From an uncultured Actinomycetes bacterium (GTDB lineage Bacteria > Actinomycetota > Thermoleophilia > Gaiellales > Gaiellaceae): a DNA stretch of 64,000 nt. The notes under the pieces were generated by a model that saw only the letters and a list, made by a program, of their open reading frames with translations, was not told the origin of the DNA and did not search any database. Of this stretch, positions 46,764-55,882 are shown piece after piece. Within the stretch, counting starts at the first letter, position 1; every line of letters starts with the position of its first letter. The stretch lies in the NCBI GenBank assembly GCA_963805575.1, contig CAWDUL010000005.1:683473-747472 (forward strand), read 5' to 3'. The position numbers were made by a program, and so were the translations under genes.

Positions 46764-48224
46764 TCAGGCTGCCAGGACGTCAGCGGATTCGGCTTCCTCA
46801 GCGGCCACAGCAGGCGCCTCTGCGCCCGAGCGGAGGAAGACGGCTGCGACCGAGGCTGCCGCAACGGCGAACACGGCGCCTGCGAGCAAGGCGACGTGGT
46901 AGCCGCCGTTCAGCGCGGCCAGGTGGCCGTGCCCGGAGGCGGTGAGGCTGTCCGTGCGCGACGCCGCGAGGCTCGCGAGCACGGCGAGCCCGAGCGCGCC
47001 GCCCATCATGAACGCCGTGTTCACGACTCCGGAGGCAAGGCCCGACTCCTGTGGCTCGACCTCGCTCATCGCGGCGAGAAGCATCGGGTTGAACGCCATC
47101 CCCGCCCCGATGCCGAGGAGGATCATGCTCGGGAGGACGTCGACCACGAAGCTGCCGTCGACCGGCGCGCGCGCAAAGAGGACGAGGCCGACGCCGGCCA
47201 GGAGCAGGCCCGTCGAGAGCGGCCGCTTGATGCCGAACCGCATCACGAGCTTCGCCGAGAGGCCGAGCGAGAACGCGCCCATGATCAGGTTCGCAGGCAG
47301 GAATGCGAGGCCGACCTTCAGCGGGCTGTATCCGAGTACGAGCTGGAGATAGAGCGCCGAGATGAAGAACCATGCGAACATCGCTGCGGCCCACAGCACG
47401 CCGACGATGTTCGCGGTCGCGACGCTGCGCAGGCGGAAGAGGCCGAGCGGCATCAACGGCGCCTCGACACGCGACTCGATCGCGAGGAAGAGCGCGAGCA
47501 GCGCGACCGCCCCACCGAGCAACACGAGCGTCCGACCCGACGTCCACCCCGTCGAGTTGCCGTTGACGATTGCGTAGACCGCGAGCATCAGCGCCGCCGT
47601 CACGGTGATTGCGCCGCCGACGTCGACACGCCGGTTCTCGGGCGCAACATGCTCGGCCGGCAGCAGGCGCAGCGACAGGACGATCACGAGCGCGCCGACC
47701 GGAATGTTCACGAGGAAGATCCAGTGCCAGTCGAGCCAGTTCGTGAGCACGCCGCCGAGCAGGACGCCGATGCTCCCGCCGGCTGCCATCACAAATCCAA
47801 ATACCCCCATCGCCTTTGCGCGCTCGGCAGGCTCGGTGAACAGGTACATGATCAGCGAGAAGGCGACCGCCGATACCACTGCACCGCCGACGCCCTGTAC
47901 CGCCCGCGCGCCCTCGAGCAGGCGCTGCGAGCTCGACAGGCCACACGCGAGCGAGGCGAGCGTGAAGAGCGTGATGCCGAACAGGAACATCCGCCGGTGA
48001 CCGAAGAGGTCACCGAGCCGGCCGCCGAGCAGCAGGAAGCCGCCGAACGTCAGCAGGTACGCGTTCACGACCCACGCGAGCGACGTCTGGGAGAAGCCGA
48101 GATCGGCCCTGATCGACGGCAGCGCCACGTTCACGATCGTCGAATCCAGCACGATCATCAGGTCGCCGAGGCACAGCACGATCAGTGCCAGCCAGCGCGT
48201 CCGGTCGCTCATTCCCTTGGTCAT
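46764..48224 (-). CDS. DHA2-family (14-TMS) MFS transporter
   Basis: Evidence is 'LDSTIVNVALPSIRADLGF', 'WVVNAYLLT' and 'GRLGDLFGHRR'. The protein is 486 aa. Confidence 0.88.
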   Translation of the reverse strand: MTKGMSDRTRWLALIVLCLGDLMIVLDSTIVNVALPSIRADLGFSQTSLAWVVNAYLLTFGGFLLLGGRLGDLFGHRRMFLFGITLFTLASLACGLSSSQRLLEGARAVQGVGGAVVSAVAFSLIMYLFTEPAERAKAMGVFGFVMAAGGSIGVLLGGVLTNWLDWHWIFLVNIPVGALVIVLSLRLLPAEHVAPENRRVDVGGAITVTAALMLAVYAIVNGNSTGWTSGRTLVLLGGAVALLALFLAIESRVEAPLMPLGLFRLRSVATANIVGVLWAAAMFAWFFISALYLQLVLGYSPLKVGLAFLPANLIMGAFSLGLSAKLVMRFGIKRPLSTGLLLAGVGLVLFARAPVDGSFVVDVLPSMILLGIGAGMAFNPMLLAAMSEVEPQESGLASGVVNTAFMMGGALGLAVLASLAASRTDSLTASGHGHLAALNGGYHVALLAGAVFAVAAASVAAVFLRSGAEAPAVAAEEAESADVLAA

Positions 48225-48300
48225 CTGCTCCCCCTCGTTCTCGCTTCGCGTGGCGTTTGCTGTTCAGACGGGCGGCCCGCCGGAAACTCATCGATGTGCA

Positions 48301-48324
48301 ATACTCAAGCATATGCTTAAGTAT
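48301..48324. promoter_or_regulatory. Candidate ArsR operator
   Basis: ATACTCAAGCATATGCTTAAGTAT is a 24-bp near-perfect palindrome (one mismatched pair). It is centred on the ArsR start codon in the MFS/ArsR divergent region. Confidence 0.6.
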
Positions 48325-48666
48325 CACGCAACGATCGACCCGCTGTTCCACGCCCTCGCAGATCCGACCCGCAGGGCGCTCGTCGAGCGGCTGAGCCGCG
48401 GCCCTGCATCGGTGAGCGAGCTCGCGCGGCCGGTCGACATGACGCTCTCGGCCGTCCATCAGCATCTGGCAATTCTGGAGTCGAGCGGCCTCGTCCGGTC
48501 GCAGAAGCGCGGCCGTGTACGCACGTGCAGCCTCGATCCTCGAGCAATGCGAGCCGTCGAGGAATGGATCACCGAGCGTCGCACGACGTGGGAACGCCGG
48601 CTCGACCGGCTCGCCGACTATCTCGCCGCCGAGAGCGGCCCACCCGACGAAGGAGACTCGAAATGA
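48313..48666 (+). CDS. ArsR/SmtB family transcriptional regulator
   Basis: From the ATG at 48313, evidence is 'LADPTRRALVERLSRGPASVSELARPVDMTLSAVHQHLAILESSGLV'. Confidence 0.88.
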   Translation: MLKYHATIDPLFHALADPTRRALVERLSRGPASVSELARPVDMTLSAVHQHLAILESSGLVRSQKRGRVRTCSLDPRAMRAVEEWITERRTTWERRLDRLADYLAAESGPPDEGDSK

Positions 48667-49136
48667 CCGCACGTTCCACCGAGCACGCGTCGTTCAGCAT
48701 CCAGCGCGTCTACGACGCCGCGCCCGCCCGCGTCTTCGCTGCCTGGGCGGATCCGGCTGCGAAGACCGCGTGGTTCGGCGGACCGAAGGACGACAACGCG
48801 GAGTACGAGCTCGACTTCAGGGTCGGAGGACGCGAGTTCAGTCGCGGTGCAATACCGGACGGCCGGGTGTTCACATACGACGCCGTCTACCACGACATCG
48901 CACCCGACGAGCGCATCGTCTACACGTACGAGATGACCATGGACGGCCGGCGCATCTCCGTCTCCGTGGCGTCGGTCGAGCTCGCCGCAGAGGGTGACGG
49001 CACGCGTCTGACCCTCACGGAGCACGGCGTCTTCCTCGACGGCCTCGACTCGCCCGCATTGCGCGAAGAGGGCACCGGGCATCTGCTCGAGGGACTTGGC
49101 GCACATCTGCGCGGAGAGACGCCTGCCGGCTGGTGA
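48663..49136 (+). CDS. SRPBCC / AHSA1-domain protein
   Basis: It has an ATGA overlap with arsR. Evidence is 'FSIQRVYDAAPARVFAAWADP' and 'RIVYTYEM'. This is the usual ArsR-AHSA1 pairing. Confidence 0.75.
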   Translation: MTARSTEHASFSIQRVYDAAPARVFAAWADPAAKTAWFGGPKDDNAEYELDFRVGGREFSRGAIPDGRVFTYDAVYHDIAPDERIVYTYEMTMDGRRISVSVASVELAAEGDGTRLTLTEHGVFLDGLDSPALREEGTGHLLEGLGAHLRGETPAGW

Positions 49137-49148
49137 TACTCATAGGCG

Positions 49149-49598
49149 ATGGTCGTGCATCCTGCGAACCGCTATCTGCTGCGCGCGAAGGATCTCATCG
49201 ACGCTCGCTACAGCGACCCGCTCGACGTCCCGGCGCTGGCGCGCGCAGCGCATCTCTCGCCCGCGCATTTCAGCCGCGAGTTCCGCCGGGCCTTCGGCGA
49301 GACGCCGCACCAGTACCTGCTGACGCGGCGGCTGGAACGCGCGGCCTCGCTGCTTCTTTCCACGGATCGCACGGTTGCCGACATCTGCTTCACGGTCGGG
49401 CTGCAGAGCCTCGGCTCGTTCACCACGAGCTTCCGACGGATATACGACCTCACGCCGACCGAATACAGGGCGACGTACCCGCCAGCCGCCACGCGCGGCC
49501 GCGTGCCGACCTGCGTGCTGCTCGCGTGGGCGCGCCCCGCGTCAGCCAAGGCTGCAGCCAGCAGTTTTCGAGAAGACAGAGGGTCACAGCCTGACTAA
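49149..49598 (+). CDS. AraC family transcriptional regulator (HTH domain only)
   Basis: Evidence is 'LARAAHLSPAHFSREFRRAFGETPHQYLLTRRLERA' and 'VADICFTVGLQSLGSFTTSFRRIY.LTPTEYR'. Confidence 0.85.
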   Translation: MVVHPANRYLLRAKDLIDARYSDPLDVPALARAAHLSPAHFSREFRRAFGETPHQYLLTRRLERAASLLLSTDRTVADICFTVGLQSLGSFTTSFRRIYDLTPTEYRATYPPAATRGRVPTCVLLAWARPASAKAAASSFREDRGSQPD

Positions 49599-49625
49599 CG
49601 TCGCCCTCGACCGTAGGACATCGAT

Positions 49626-50057
49626 ATGGAGGATTCGACGATGCTCAAGCAACTCACGCACGTGAACGTATGGGCGCACGATCAGGACGAGGCGCTCGCC
49701 TTCTATACGGAGAAGCTCGGGATGGAACTCCGCGACGACGTGACGATGCCCGAGATGGGCAACTTCCGCTGGCTCACCGTCGGCTACCCCGGGCAGCCGG
49801 ACGTCGCGCTCGCCTTGCTCCCGATCCCGGGGCCGCCCGTATTCGACGCCGACACGAAAGCGCAGCTCGAGTCGCTCCTCGCAAAAGGTGCGCTCGGCGG
49901 CCTCTTCTTCTCCACCGACGACTGCCGGACGACGTACGAGCAGCTCAAGCAGCTCGGCGTCGAGTTCTCGCAGGAGCCGACGGAGCAGCCGTACGGGATC
50001 GACGCCGGTTTCCGCGATCCGTCCGGCAACCAGATCAGGATGGCGCAGCTGAGCTAG
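49626..50057 (+). CDS. VOC (glyoxalase/bleomycin-resistance) family protein
   Basis: Evidence is 'LTHVNVWAHDQDEALAFYTEKLGMEL' and 'FRDPSGNQIRMAQ'. Confidence 0.82.
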   Translation: MEDSTMLKQLTHVNVWAHDQDEALAFYTEKLGMELRDDVTMPEMGNFRWLTVGYPGQPDVALALLPIPGPPVFDADTKAQLESLLAKGALGGLFFSTDDCRTTYEQLKQLGVEFSQEPTEQPYGIDAGFRDPSGNQIRMAQLS

Positions 50058-50074
50058 TCCACTGCAAGGAAATT

Positions 50075-50108
50075 CGCGCGGCGGCGATGAGTTCCACGCC
50101 GCCGCGCG
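50075..50108 (+). terminator. 12-bp GC hairpin between the VOC and MMPL genes
   Basis: CGCGCGGCGGCG-(10 nt)-CGCCGCCGCGCG is a perfect stem. There is no clear U-tract. Confidence 0.45.
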
Positions 50109-50160
50109 GTCTACCCTTTCGAACAACACGAGACGCCGACAGAGGCCGGAGGAGAGAAGC

Positions 50161-52326
50161 ATGAGCACCCCCGAAAAGACCCCAATACTGGCGCGTCTTG
50201 CGCACCTGATCGTGCGCCGCCGCCGCGTGGTGATCGGCTTCTGGGTCGTGCTGACGCTGTTCGGCATGTTCTCCGCGAGCCAGGTCTCCAAGCGGTGGTT
50301 CGAGAGCTTTTCGATCCCGGGCTACTCGGCCTACGAGGCGAACCAGCGAACGCTGCACACCTTCGGCACCGGCGCGCAGCCGCCGCTCGTCGCCGTATTC
50401 CACACCGACGGCGACATCACGAAGGAGACCGGCATCAAGGAGGCGATCGACGCCGCCGCAAAGGTCAACCCGGGCTCACGCGTCTCGTCGTTCTGGTCGA
50501 CCGGCAGCCGCGTGTACGTCTCCAAGGACGGACACACGGCGTTCGCCAACATCTATCCGCCCGGCACGCCGACGTTCAGCTCGTCCGTGCACATCGACCA
50601 GGTGCGCGCGAAGCTGAAAGGCGCCACACCTGCCGGCGTCGAGGCATCGCTGACCGGTCGCGACGCGATCTACGCCGCGTCTTCCGGCGGTAGCACCGGA
50701 CCGAGCGTGCTGACCGAGGCGCTGATCGGCGGCCTCGGCTCGCTCGTGATCCTCTTCTTCGTCTTTGGGACGCTGCCCGCCGTGTTGATGCCGATCGCGA
50801 TTGCGATCGCATCGATCCTCAACACGTTCACGCTCGTCTGGGCCCTCACCTACATCACGAATGTGTCGATCATCGTGCAATTCCTGATCGCGCTCGTCGG
50901 GCTCGGCGTCGCAGTCGACTACGCGCTGCTGATGATCTTCAGATTCCGGGACGAGCTTCGCGAGGGCGAGGACGTCGAGACCGCGCTCGTCGAGACGATG
51001 ACGCACGCGGGGCGCTCCGTGATCGTCTCCGGCTCGACGGTGGCAGTCGGTCTGTTGTCGATGGTGATCCTGCCGCTGCCGTTCATCCGCTCGATCGGGA
51101 TCGGTGGCATGTTGATCCCCGCGGTGTCGGTGACCGCCGCCCTCACCCTGCTGCCCGCAATGCTCGCGACGCTCGGCACGCGGATCAACAGCGTCCGCCT
51201 CCTGCCCAATCGGTTCGTCGACAGTGGACATCCGGAGGACGGCTGGTGGGGACGGTGGGCCAACTTCGTCATGCGGCGGCCTGTCCCGGTCGCAATCGTG
51301 GGCATCGTGATCGTCGGCACGCTCGTCTACTTCGGGTTACAGCTCAACCCGAGCGAGGCGCAGGCAAAGGACTTGCCCGGCAGCGGCGACGCGATCGTCG
51401 GCCGCGAGACCCTGACCTCGGCCGGGATCTCGCCCGGCGTGATGAAGCCGTTCGTGATCCTCGTCGAGGGGGGCCAGAGTGCGGCGCCGATCGTCGCGAA
51501 GGTCGCCGCGGTGCCCGGCGTCGCAGGCGCGGTCGCGCCGCCCGACTGGCGCAAGGGCTCGAGCAGCCTCATCGAGGCTTTCTCGACGACGGACGGTGCT
51601 GCGAAGGAGACGCGGACGACGATCAAGAACGTGCGTGCGGCGCTCGACGGCACCGACGGAACACTCGGCGGCGTCGCGGCCGAAGACCGCGACTTCGTGA
51701 AGGCCGTCTACTCGAACTTCCCCTATGTCCTCGCGTTCGTCGTGCTGCTCACGTTCATCCTGCTGTCGCGCGCGTTCCGCTCGCTCGTGCTGGCGTTGAA
51801 GGCCGTCATCCTCAATCTCATCTCGTTGGCGGCGGCATACGGAATCATCGTGATCATCTTCCAGAAGGGCCACGGCTCCGAGGCGATCTGGGGTGTGCCC
51901 GCGACGCAATCGATCATTCCGTGGATCCCACTGATGATCTTTGCGTTCCTGTTCGGGCTCTCGATGGATTACGAGGTCTTCATGCTGACTCGCATGCGGG
52001 AGGCATACGACGAGACCGGCGACACGAAGCGTGCGATCGCACTCGGTCTCGCGCGAACGGGCAAGCTCGTTACGAGCGCGGCCCTCGTCCTGATGTTCGC
52101 GTTCTTCGTCCTCGCGTCGGGTCCCGGTGTCGACATCAAGCAGTTCGGCATCGGGCTCGCGGCGGGAATCATCTTCGACGCGACCGTCATCCGCGCCCTG
52201 CTCGTGCCCGCGCTGATGCGACTGCTCGGCAAGTGGAACTGGTACATGCCGCATTTCGCGGCGCGCATCCTGTTCATCCGAGAGCCGGAACGCGCCCCGG
52301 AGCGCCCGGCAACGGAGCTCGGATGA
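50161..52326 (+). CDS. MMPL-family (RND superfamily) membrane transporter
   Basis: It is 721 aa with two 6-TM bundles. 'VDYALLMIFRFRDE' and 'MDYEVFMLTRMREAY' are typical MMPL motifs. GGAGGAG lies before the ATG. Confidence 0.9.
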   Translation: MSTPEKTPILARLAHLIVRRRRVVIGFWVVLTLFGMFSASQVSKRWFESFSIPGYSAYEANQRTLHTFGTGAQPPLVAVFHTDGDITKETGIKEAIDAAAKVNPGSRVSSFWSTGSRVYVSKDGHTAFANIYPPGTPTFSSSVHIDQVRAKLKGATPAGVEASLTGRDAIYAASSGGSTGPSVLTEALIGGLGSLVILFFVFGTLPAVLMPIAIAIASILNTFTLVWALTYITNVSIIVQFLIALVGLGVAVDYALLMIFRFRDELREGEDVETALVETMTHAGRSVIVSGSTVAVGLLSMVILPLPFIRSIGIGGMLIPAVSVTAALTLLPAMLATLGTRINSVRLLPNRFVDSGHPEDGWWGRWANFVMRRPVPVAIVGIVIVGTLVYFGLQLNPSEAQAKDLPGSGDAIVGRETLTSAGISPGVMKPFVILVEGGQSAAPIVAKVAAVPGVAGAVAPPDWRKGSSSLIEAFSTTDGAAKETRTTIKNVRAALDGTDGTLGGVAAEDRDFVKAVYSNFPYVLAFVVLLTFILLSRAFRSLVLALKAVILNLISLAAAYGIIVIIFQKGHGSEAIWGVPATQSIIPWIPLMIFAFLFGLSMDYEVFMLTRMREAYDETGDTKRAIALGLARTGKLVTSAALVLMFAFFVLASGPGVDIKQFGIGLAAGIIFDATVIRALLVPALMRLLGKWNWYMPHFAARILFIREPERAPERPATELG

Positions 52327-52366
52327 GTCGTCGTCTATTCACTTCGAGACAGTGGAGGTCCAGCTG

Positions 52367-53443
52367 ATGGCAAGCACCATCGTCCTCGTTGGGACACGTA
52401 AGGGTTGTTTCATCCTCGAGAGCGACGGGGATCGTCGCGACTGGAGTGTCCGCGGCCCGTACTGCGAAGGCTGGCCGATCTATCACGCGGTGTACGACCC
52501 CGATACGGGCGACATCTACGCAGCCGCGGCAAGCGAGTGGCACGGCGCGGGCGTCTGGCGCAGCAGCGACCTCGGCGAGACATGGGAGATCTCGAGCGAG
52601 GGCCTCGGCTACGAGGAGGGTGGCCAGAAGCTCTCGAAGGTCTCCGGCCTATCGGTCGCGCACGGCCGCGTGCTCGCCGGCGCGGAGAACGCCGGCATCT
52701 TCGAGAGCCGCGACGGCGCGAAGACGTGGTCCTTGCTCAGCACACTGGATGGAATGCCTCTTCGCGAGGGCTGGAACGACCCGAAGAACCAGCCGCCGGG
52801 GCATCTCGGCCTGCCCGGCCTCCTCCCCCACCCCGATGACCCGTCGCGCTTGTGGGCGGTCGTTCAGGGAATCGGGATCTTCGAGACGACGGACGACGGC
52901 GCGTCATGGACGCCGCGGAACAAGGGCCTGCGCGCCGACTGGCCGTTGGAGGATCCGGCGGTCGGCTACTGCGTCCACAAGCTCGTCATGTCGCCGGTCG
53001 ACGAGAAGCGGATGTATCAGCAGAACCACGTCGGGATGCACCGCAGCGACGACGGCGGTAACCAGTGGGTCGAGATCACCGAAGGCCTGCCGACGGAGTT
53101 CGGCTTCGCCGCGGCAACGCACCCGCACGACAAGGACACGTTCTATGTCATCCCGCTCGACCCCGGGCACGGACGTGTGATGCCGGAGGGCCGTGCGTCG
53201 GTGTGGCGCACGCGCGACGCGGGCTCGACGTGGCAACGCCTCGACAACGGCCTCCCACAGCGCGACGCGCACCTCGGCGTGCTGCGCGAGGGAATGACGA
53301 TCGACTCGCTCGACACTCCCGGCCTCTACTTCGGCACGAGCACGGGTCAGGTGTTCGCGAGCATCGACGAGGGCGACAGCTGGACCGAGATCGCGAGCTA
53401 CCTGCCTGCGATCGCGTCGGTCGAGGTCGCCACGCTGGCGTAG
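52367..53443 (+). CDS. BNR/Asp-box repeat beta-propeller protein (sialidase-fold, Ycf48-like)
   Basis: It has repeated Asp-boxes 'SSDLGETW', 'SRDGAKTW', 'TTDDGASW', 'RSDDGGNQW', 'TRDAGSTW' and 'SIDEGDSW'. The ATG at 52367 is preceded by GGAGG. Confidence 0.85.
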   Translation: MASTIVLVGTRKGCFILESDGDRRDWSVRGPYCEGWPIYHAVYDPDTGDIYAAAASEWHGAGVWRSSDLGETWEISSEGLGYEEGGQKLSKVSGLSVAHGRVLAGAENAGIFESRDGAKTWSLLSTLDGMPLREGWNDPKNQPPGHLGLPGLLPHPDDPSRLWAVVQGIGIFETTDDGASWTPRNKGLRADWPLEDPAVGYCVHKLVMSPVDEKRMYQQNHVGMHRSDDGGNQWVEITEGLPTEFGFAAATHPHDKDTFYVIPLDPGHGRVMPEGRASVWRTRDAGSTWQRLDNGLPQRDAHLGVLREGMTIDSLDTPGLYFGTSTGQVFASIDEGDSWTEIASYLPAIASVEVATLA

Positions 53444-53445
53444 TC

Positions 53446-53709
53446 ATGGCCGACCTGCATCTTCCGGGCACCCTGCCGCCGCTCTTCACCGACCTGCCGC
53501 GCCGCGTCGACGTCGACGCGGCGACGGTCGACGAGGCGATCGCGCAGCTCGATTCGAGGTGGCCCGGCCTGCGTGACCGGCTCTGCGCCAGCCCGTCGGA
53601 GCTCCGCCCGCACATCCACGTATACGTCGACCGCGAGCGCGCCGAGCTCGACACCGCACTCGCGGCGAACTCGCGGATCGACGTGATCGCCGCGATCAGC
53701 GGCGGCTGA
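53446..53709 (+). CDS. MoaD/ThiS-family ubiquitin-like protein ending in Gly-Gly
   Basis: It is 87 aa and starts 2 nt after the propeller stop. The C-terminus '...IDVIAAISGG*' is the MoaD/ThiS hallmark. Confidence 0.7.
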   Translation: MADLHLPGTLPPLFTDLPRRVDVDAATVDEAIAQLDSRWPGLRDRLCASPSELRPHIHVYVDRERAELDTALAANSRIDVIAAISGG

Positions 53710-53747
53710 ACTGCCCCGCTGCTCACCGCGAGCGTCTGACGACGAGC

Positions 53748-53771
53748 GCCCGGTCGCCTACCGGCGACCGG
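53748..53771. terminator. Hairpin between convergent MoaD-like and PepSY genes
   Basis: CCCGGTCGCC-tacc-GGCGACCGGG is a perfect 10-bp stem. Confidence 0.55.
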
Positions 53772-53790
53772 GCCGACTCATCGCGTCGAG

Positions 53791-54171
53791 CTACGCCGGC
53801 GTCCCGGTGCTGACGACCGCGAACGATTCGTCGACGTAGACGGTGATCGGGTTGCCGCTCGCGTCGGTCATGTGCGCCTCGTACTTCGCATGTCCGTCCG
53901 CGTCGGTCTCGACCCGGATGATCGTTCCACCCGGGACCTTGGCCTCTGCCGCGGCGGTCACCTTGGCGAGCGCATCGCCGGTGAGGACGGTCTCGTCGCT
54001 CCTCTGGTGGCCGAACGGCTGCTGCGAGCTCGGGGCGGTCGCCGGAGCCGTGGCGGCGGTCGAGGGTGCCGTTGTCGTCGTGTTGCCGGTCGCCGCGCTC
54101 GCGATCCCGTAGCTGCCGCCTGCGATGCCGAGTGCCATCGCACCGACCACGAGAGACTTTGGAACCTGCAT
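53791..54171 (-). CDS. Secreted PepSY-domain protein
   Basis: It has a signal peptide and a Thr/Ala/Pro linker. 'AKVPGGTIIRVETDADGHAKYEAHMTDASGNPITVYVDESFAVV' is PepSY-like. Confidence 0.7.
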   Translation of the reverse strand: MQVPKSLVVGAMALGIAGGSYGIASAATGNTTTTAPSTAATAPATAPSSQQPFGHQRSDETVLTGDALAKVTAAAEAKVPGGTIIRVETDADGHAKYEAHMTDASGNPITVYVDESFAVVSTGTPA

Positions 54172-54352
54172 TGCCTACTCCTTTCGTTGGGGTCAGGAGC
54201 AGGTTCGCGCCCGTGCATCAGGGCGCCATGCGAACCGCGTGCGAATCGCCTGTGAGAGGCGTCGATCACGGGTTCGAGGCAGCAGTCTACGCCGCCTCGT
54301 CGATGGCCCCGCGACGCCCGGCGTCAGGTCGTCGGTTGCACGACCAGCGTGC

Positions 54353-55882
54353 TCAACCGACGTGGGAACCCTCTGGTACCGGACTCGGAGTCTCTTCGAC
54401 GCTCGCAAGCGGCAACTCGACGAGGAACGTCGCCCCCGCGCCGGGAACGGACGAAACTGATGCGCGTCCGCCGTGCGCCTCGGTTACGGCAGCGACGATC
54501 GAGAGGCCGAGGCCTGCGCCGCCACTCGCCCTCGACCGCGACGGATCGGCACGGTAGAAGCGCTCGAACGCGTGAGCCGCCTCCTCGGCGTCCATGCCGG
54601 GGCCTGAATCGGCGATCTCGAGCTCGGCGTTCGCTCCTGCACGGCGCAGCGTGACGCGAACAGGCGCGCCGGTCGGTGTGTGTGCTCGAACGTTCGCGAG
54701 GAGGTTGTCGACGACCTGCCGCAGGCGGTCGCGATCGCCGAGAACGACGGCTTCATCGATGTCGGCCTCGACCAGCCGGTCGGGATCGACGGTCTGCGCA
54801 GTCTCGAGGGCTTCGGCAACGACGTCGTGCAGCGGTACCGGCTCGAGCGTGAGCGGGCGGCCCTCGTCGAGCCGGGCGAGCAGCAGGAGATCGTCGACGA
54901 GGACGCTCATGCGCTCGGACTCGCGGCTGATACCCGTCATCGACCGCTTCAAGTCGGCAGGACGGTCGGCAGCCCCGCGCGTGAACAGCTCGGCGTATGC
55001 ACGCACTGCCGCAAGGGGCGTGCGCAACTCGTGCGAGGCGTCGGCGACGAACCGGCGAAGCTTCCGCTCGGACGCCGCCAATGCGCGCAACGACGCCTCG
55101 CGCGCGGTCGCAGCTGCCTCGATCTGTCCGAGCATGGCGTTGAGCGCGAGCCCAAGGCGCCCGACCTCTGTGCGCTCGTTCGTGTGCGCCACCCGTTGAG
55201 TCAGGTCGCCGGCCGCGATCTTCGAGGCCGTCGCACCGATCTCGTCGAGCGGCTTGAGCCCGAGGCGAACCACCCAGAGACCGAGCAGGCCGATTCCGAC
55301 GAGCACGAGGGTTGTCACGAGCGCTGCGATGAGCAGCAACCGATGCAACGTGCTGTCGACGTCGGTCAGAGGGGTCGCGACGACGAGGAGGTAGTTCTTC
55401 GTCTCGGGCTCGATCGAGGCCCGCACGCGGTACCGGCCACCGCCGCTCTTCGCCGGGACGGTGAAGTACGCGACACGTTCTCCTGTGCCGGCGGGAACCG
55501 AGATCGACGCAGGCAGCGCCGGCCCGGGCAGCGTCTTGCTGCCCGGGAAGCGCGGCACGGAGCCCGTGAGGAGGACATGCCCGTCGAGCCGCCGCACCTG
55601 GATCGTGTCGCCCGGCGCCGCCGCGGTGAGCGACCCGCGGTCCGGCGTCTCCGACGGAGGCCCCTGACCCGGCCGGCCGTGATCGGGCCGCCCGTCGCCG
55701 GAATCGTGGAACAGAGCACCCTCGACTGCGACGTGTGCCGCCTGGAGCGATGTGTCCGTCCGCTTGATCAGAAACGAGCTGAGCGCGGAGTACGTGGCGA
55801 CATCGGCAGCCACGAGCCCGACCGCGGCGAGCGCGATCACGCCGAGGATCAAGCGCGCGCGCAGCGAGAGGCTTCTGCCCAT
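54353..55882 (-). CDS. Sensor histidine kinase (2 TM, HAMP, HisKA, HATPase_c)
   Basis: The H-box is 'FVADASHELRTPL', the N-box 'DNLLANVRAHT' and the G-boxes 'DSGPGM' and 'GGAGLGLSIV'. Confidence 0.9.
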   Translation of the reverse strand: MGRSLSLRARLILGVIALAAVGLVAADVATYSALSSFLIKRTDTSLQAAHVAVEGALFHDSGDGRPDHGRPGQGPPSETPDRGSLTAAAPGDTIQVRRLDGHVLLTGSVPRFPGSKTLPGPALPASISVPAGTGERVAYFTVPAKSGGGRYRVRASIEPETKNYLLVVATPLTDVDSTLHRLLLIAALVTTLVLVGIGLLGLWVVRLGLKPLDEIGATASKIAAGDLTQRVAHTNERTEVGRLGLALNAMLGQIEAAATAREASLRALAASERKLRRFVADASHELRTPLAAVRAYAELFTRGAADRPADLKRSMTGISRESERMSVLVDDLLLLARLDEGRPLTLEPVPLHDVVAEALETAQTVDPDRLVEADIDEAVVLGDRDRLRQVVDNLLANVRAHTPTGAPVRVTLRRAGANAELEIADSGPGMDAEEAAHAFERFYRADPSRSRASGGAGLGLSIVAAVTEAHGGRASVSSVPGAGATFLVELPLASVEETPSPVPEGSHVG

